The notes beneath the pieces were generated by a model. It was not told the origin of the DNA. It did no database searches and worked only from the letters and a program-made list of their open reading frames with translations. From Bacteroidales bacterium (GTDB lineage Bacteria; Bacteroidota; Bacteroidia; Bacteroidales; VadinHA17), in NCBI GenBank assembly GCA_035390825.1, contig DAOOUQ010000005.1:68517-132516 (forward strand): a stretch of DNA of 64,000 bases, read 5' to 3'. The translations under genes and the position numbers were made by a program. Within the stretch, counting starts at the first letter, position 1. Each line of letters begins with the position of its first letter. Below, piece by piece: positions 63,471-64,000 of this stretch.

Positions 63471-64000
63471 TTATTTCCTGATAAGAGAATCCAACACTAC
63501 CGGAAGATTATGCCGAAGCTGAAGAATCCCGGTTGTCAGAAGTGTATCCCCGAATTTCAGGCCGTCGGTTATCTGGATAAGCGATTCGGTGCGAAGCCCC
63601 GTCAACACTTTAATCGATTGTGCTTTCCCTTTCCTGTAAACAAATACTGTTTCGCCTTCCATCTCAGGGATAAGAGCTTCAGTAGGAATGGCAATTGCAT
63701 TGTCTATTTCGGAAAGAAGAAGTGTTATTGTAGCAGACCGTCCGGCTGTCAGCTCCTCATTTGAGTTTGGATATATTGACCTGATTACCACTGTTCCGGT
63801 GGCCTCATCGACTTGTGGTTCAATGGCATAAACCGAGGCATTATAGGTTTTGTCTGACCCGTCGACACTGAAGCTTACCGGGTAACCGATTTTTACCTGG
63901 TTGGTATACCGCTCCGGAACTGAAAATTCAAGCTTTATGGGCTTGATCTTAACAAGCCTGGCAATCTTGGTGGATGGATTGGTATAGCTTCCTTCGCTCA
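63471..64000 (-). CDS. RND efflux periplasmic adaptor (membrane fusion protein). Only the 3' part is present; the gene runs off the window end.
   Basis: The frame stays open upstream of the GTG used in the track. My translation up to the window edge reads ...SEGSYTNPSTKIARLVKIKPIKLEFSVPERYTNQVKIGYPVSFSVDGSDKTYNASVYAIEPQVDEATGTVVIRSIYPN..., which matches the HlyD/AcrA beta-barrel and MP domains. Confidence 0.85.
   Translation of the reverse strand, partial: SEGSYTNPSTKIARLVKIKPIKLEFSVPERYTNQVKIGYPVSFSVDGSDKTYNASVYAIEPQVDEATGTVVIRSIYPNSNEELTAGRSATITLLLSEIDNAIAIPTEALIPEMEGETVFVYRKGKAQSIKVLTGLRTESLIQITDGLKFGDTLLTTGILQLRHNLPVVLDSLIRK

Noticed and set aside
1-64000. A search for CRISPR arrays, rRNA, transposases or integrases, restriction-modification, toxin-antitoxin or other defence modules, and riboswitch cores (TPP, B12, SAM, lysine) in the spacers
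   Set aside because: No regularly spaced repeats, no recombinase, nuclease or methylase motifs and no recognisable riboswitch consensus were seen. All large ORFs have ordinary metabolic, envelope or housekeeping assignments.

Overview
This is a chromosomal, mostly housekeeping segment of a Bacteroidota genome. The phylum call rests on a SusC/SusD pair, a T9SS C-terminal sorting domain, many exact TAnnTTTG -7 promoter boxes just upstream of start codons, and almost no Shine-Dalgarno sites. I support 47 protein-coding genes (two run off the window edges), one tRNA-Arg(ACG), one candidate structured ncRNA, several intrinsic terminators and about a dozen promoter boxes. I saw no transposase, integrase, CRISPR array, rRNA or recognisable defence or toxin-antitoxin module. 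Gene content by coordinate: (1) 1-9.1 kb, a SusC/SusD locus whose only enzymes are a Tat-exported Gfo/Idh/MocA oxidoreductase and two DUF1080 (3-keto-disaccharide-hydrolase-like) proteins. (2) 9.7-13.5 kb, a 1255-aa gingipain-like C25 peptidase with a T9SS CTD. (3) 13.7-16.6 kb, three exported proteins: an MBL-fold hydrolase, a Tat aldo/keto reductase with a C-terminal Fe-S domain, and an unknown protein. (4) 16.6-22.5 kb, an M28 peptidase and a thrA-thrC-thrH operon with no thrB. (5) 22.7-36.8 kb, POT peptide transporter, Nnr, PiT/DUF47, PepD and a biotin-dependent acyl-CoA carboxylase operon. (6) 37-44.6 kb, a sugar MFS transporter with an APH-fold kinase, a SIS-only isomerase, a CE7 esterase and CapD. 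(7) 44.6-53.4 kb, tRNA-Arg, an AsmA-like protein, rplS, a C69 dipeptidase, cutC, a nucleotidyltransferase and an M23 peptidase. (8) 53.5-64 kb, coiled-coil/ZapA, the candidate RNA, RNase Y, wecB, an epimerase, a nucleoside phosphorylase and an RND efflux operon. The observations I rate highest are the glycoside-hydrolase-free oxidative PUL, the about 190-nt 6S-like RNA between zapA and rny, the ThrH-type thr operon and the exported MBL/AKR-FeS/unknown trio. I did not find an unambiguous new multi-gene system. All functional calls come from reading the translated ORFs for family motifs. No database search was run.
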